Shown here piece after piece: positions 63,606 to 64,000 of a stretch of 64,000 nt of DNA. Numbering within the stretch: the stretch's first letter is position 1; the number at the start of each line of letters is the position of its first letter. This DNA comes from Octopus vulgaris (lineage: Eukaryota). The notes beneath the pieces were generated by a model, which saw nothing but the letters and a program-made list of their open reading frames with translations, had not been told where the DNA came from and made no database searches. Both the position numbers and the translations under genes were made by a program. The stretch lies in NCBI GenBank assembly GCA_951406725.2, contig OX597824.1, positions 37,324,001 to 37,388,000 of the forward strand, read 5' to 3'.

Positions 63606-64000
63606 TATTCATGGCCTGAACTCTTCCAACCACCTTCAGCACAAATTGTCTTCTACTTATTATTTTTTTAATATTTTCTTTGATCTAAATTTTAATGTAA
63701 ACTTGCTGCCATAACTGCAAAATACCAAAACTATTTAGACTCCTACTACAAGAATTTTAACTTTCTATTTCAACAATTCATTGATTCATTTGAAAAAATG
63801 TTACTGGTGCCTTTGAACTACTGGCAATGTCGACACAATGAGTTACCAATACCAAAAAACCTCCTGGTGGAAAACTCATTGCAATTATTTCAGGATAATA
63901 ACAGCAACCACAATGATAGCAATACTGGCACAGATATACGAATTTGTAGATTAGTTAAACAATTAATTGTATTTGGTAAATTGTTTGAAAGCAAATCAAC
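63606..64000 (+). other. cofilin 3' UTR (partial, probably runs off the window)
   Basis: Non-repetitive AT-rich sequence after the stop codon; no AATAAA seen before the window end. Confidence 0.6.

Overview
AT-rich, repeat-saturated animal genomic DNA. The tRNA-headed SINEs, (TA)n/(CA)n microsatellites and RTE LINEs suggest an octopod cephalopod (inference, not shown by the sequence). The only host protein-coding gene I can support is a + strand ADF/cofilin, mostly missed by the ORF track. It has coding exons at 41580-41715, 57405-57534 and 63443-63605, all GT-AG and phase-compatible, giving 143 aa once an ATG-only first exon is added; I could not locate that exon. Nearly all listed ORFs are spurious or transposon debris (RTE and CRE-like LINEs, mariner, Tigger/pogo, Helitrons, piggyBac- and hAT-like MITEs, Penelope-like foldbacks). 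Two signals stand out. First, a ~75-nt structured element occurs three times in cofilin intron 2 (46176, 52108, 56367) with an almost invariant 61-nt core, a terminal stem and C/D-box-like motifs, while its duplicated flanks have diverged and taken retroelement insertions. It is a candidate orphan snoRNA or other small-RNA cluster. Second, several minimal type-I hammerhead ribozyme motifs lie in Penelope-like inverted repeats upstream of exon 2. All folds and alignments were done by eye.
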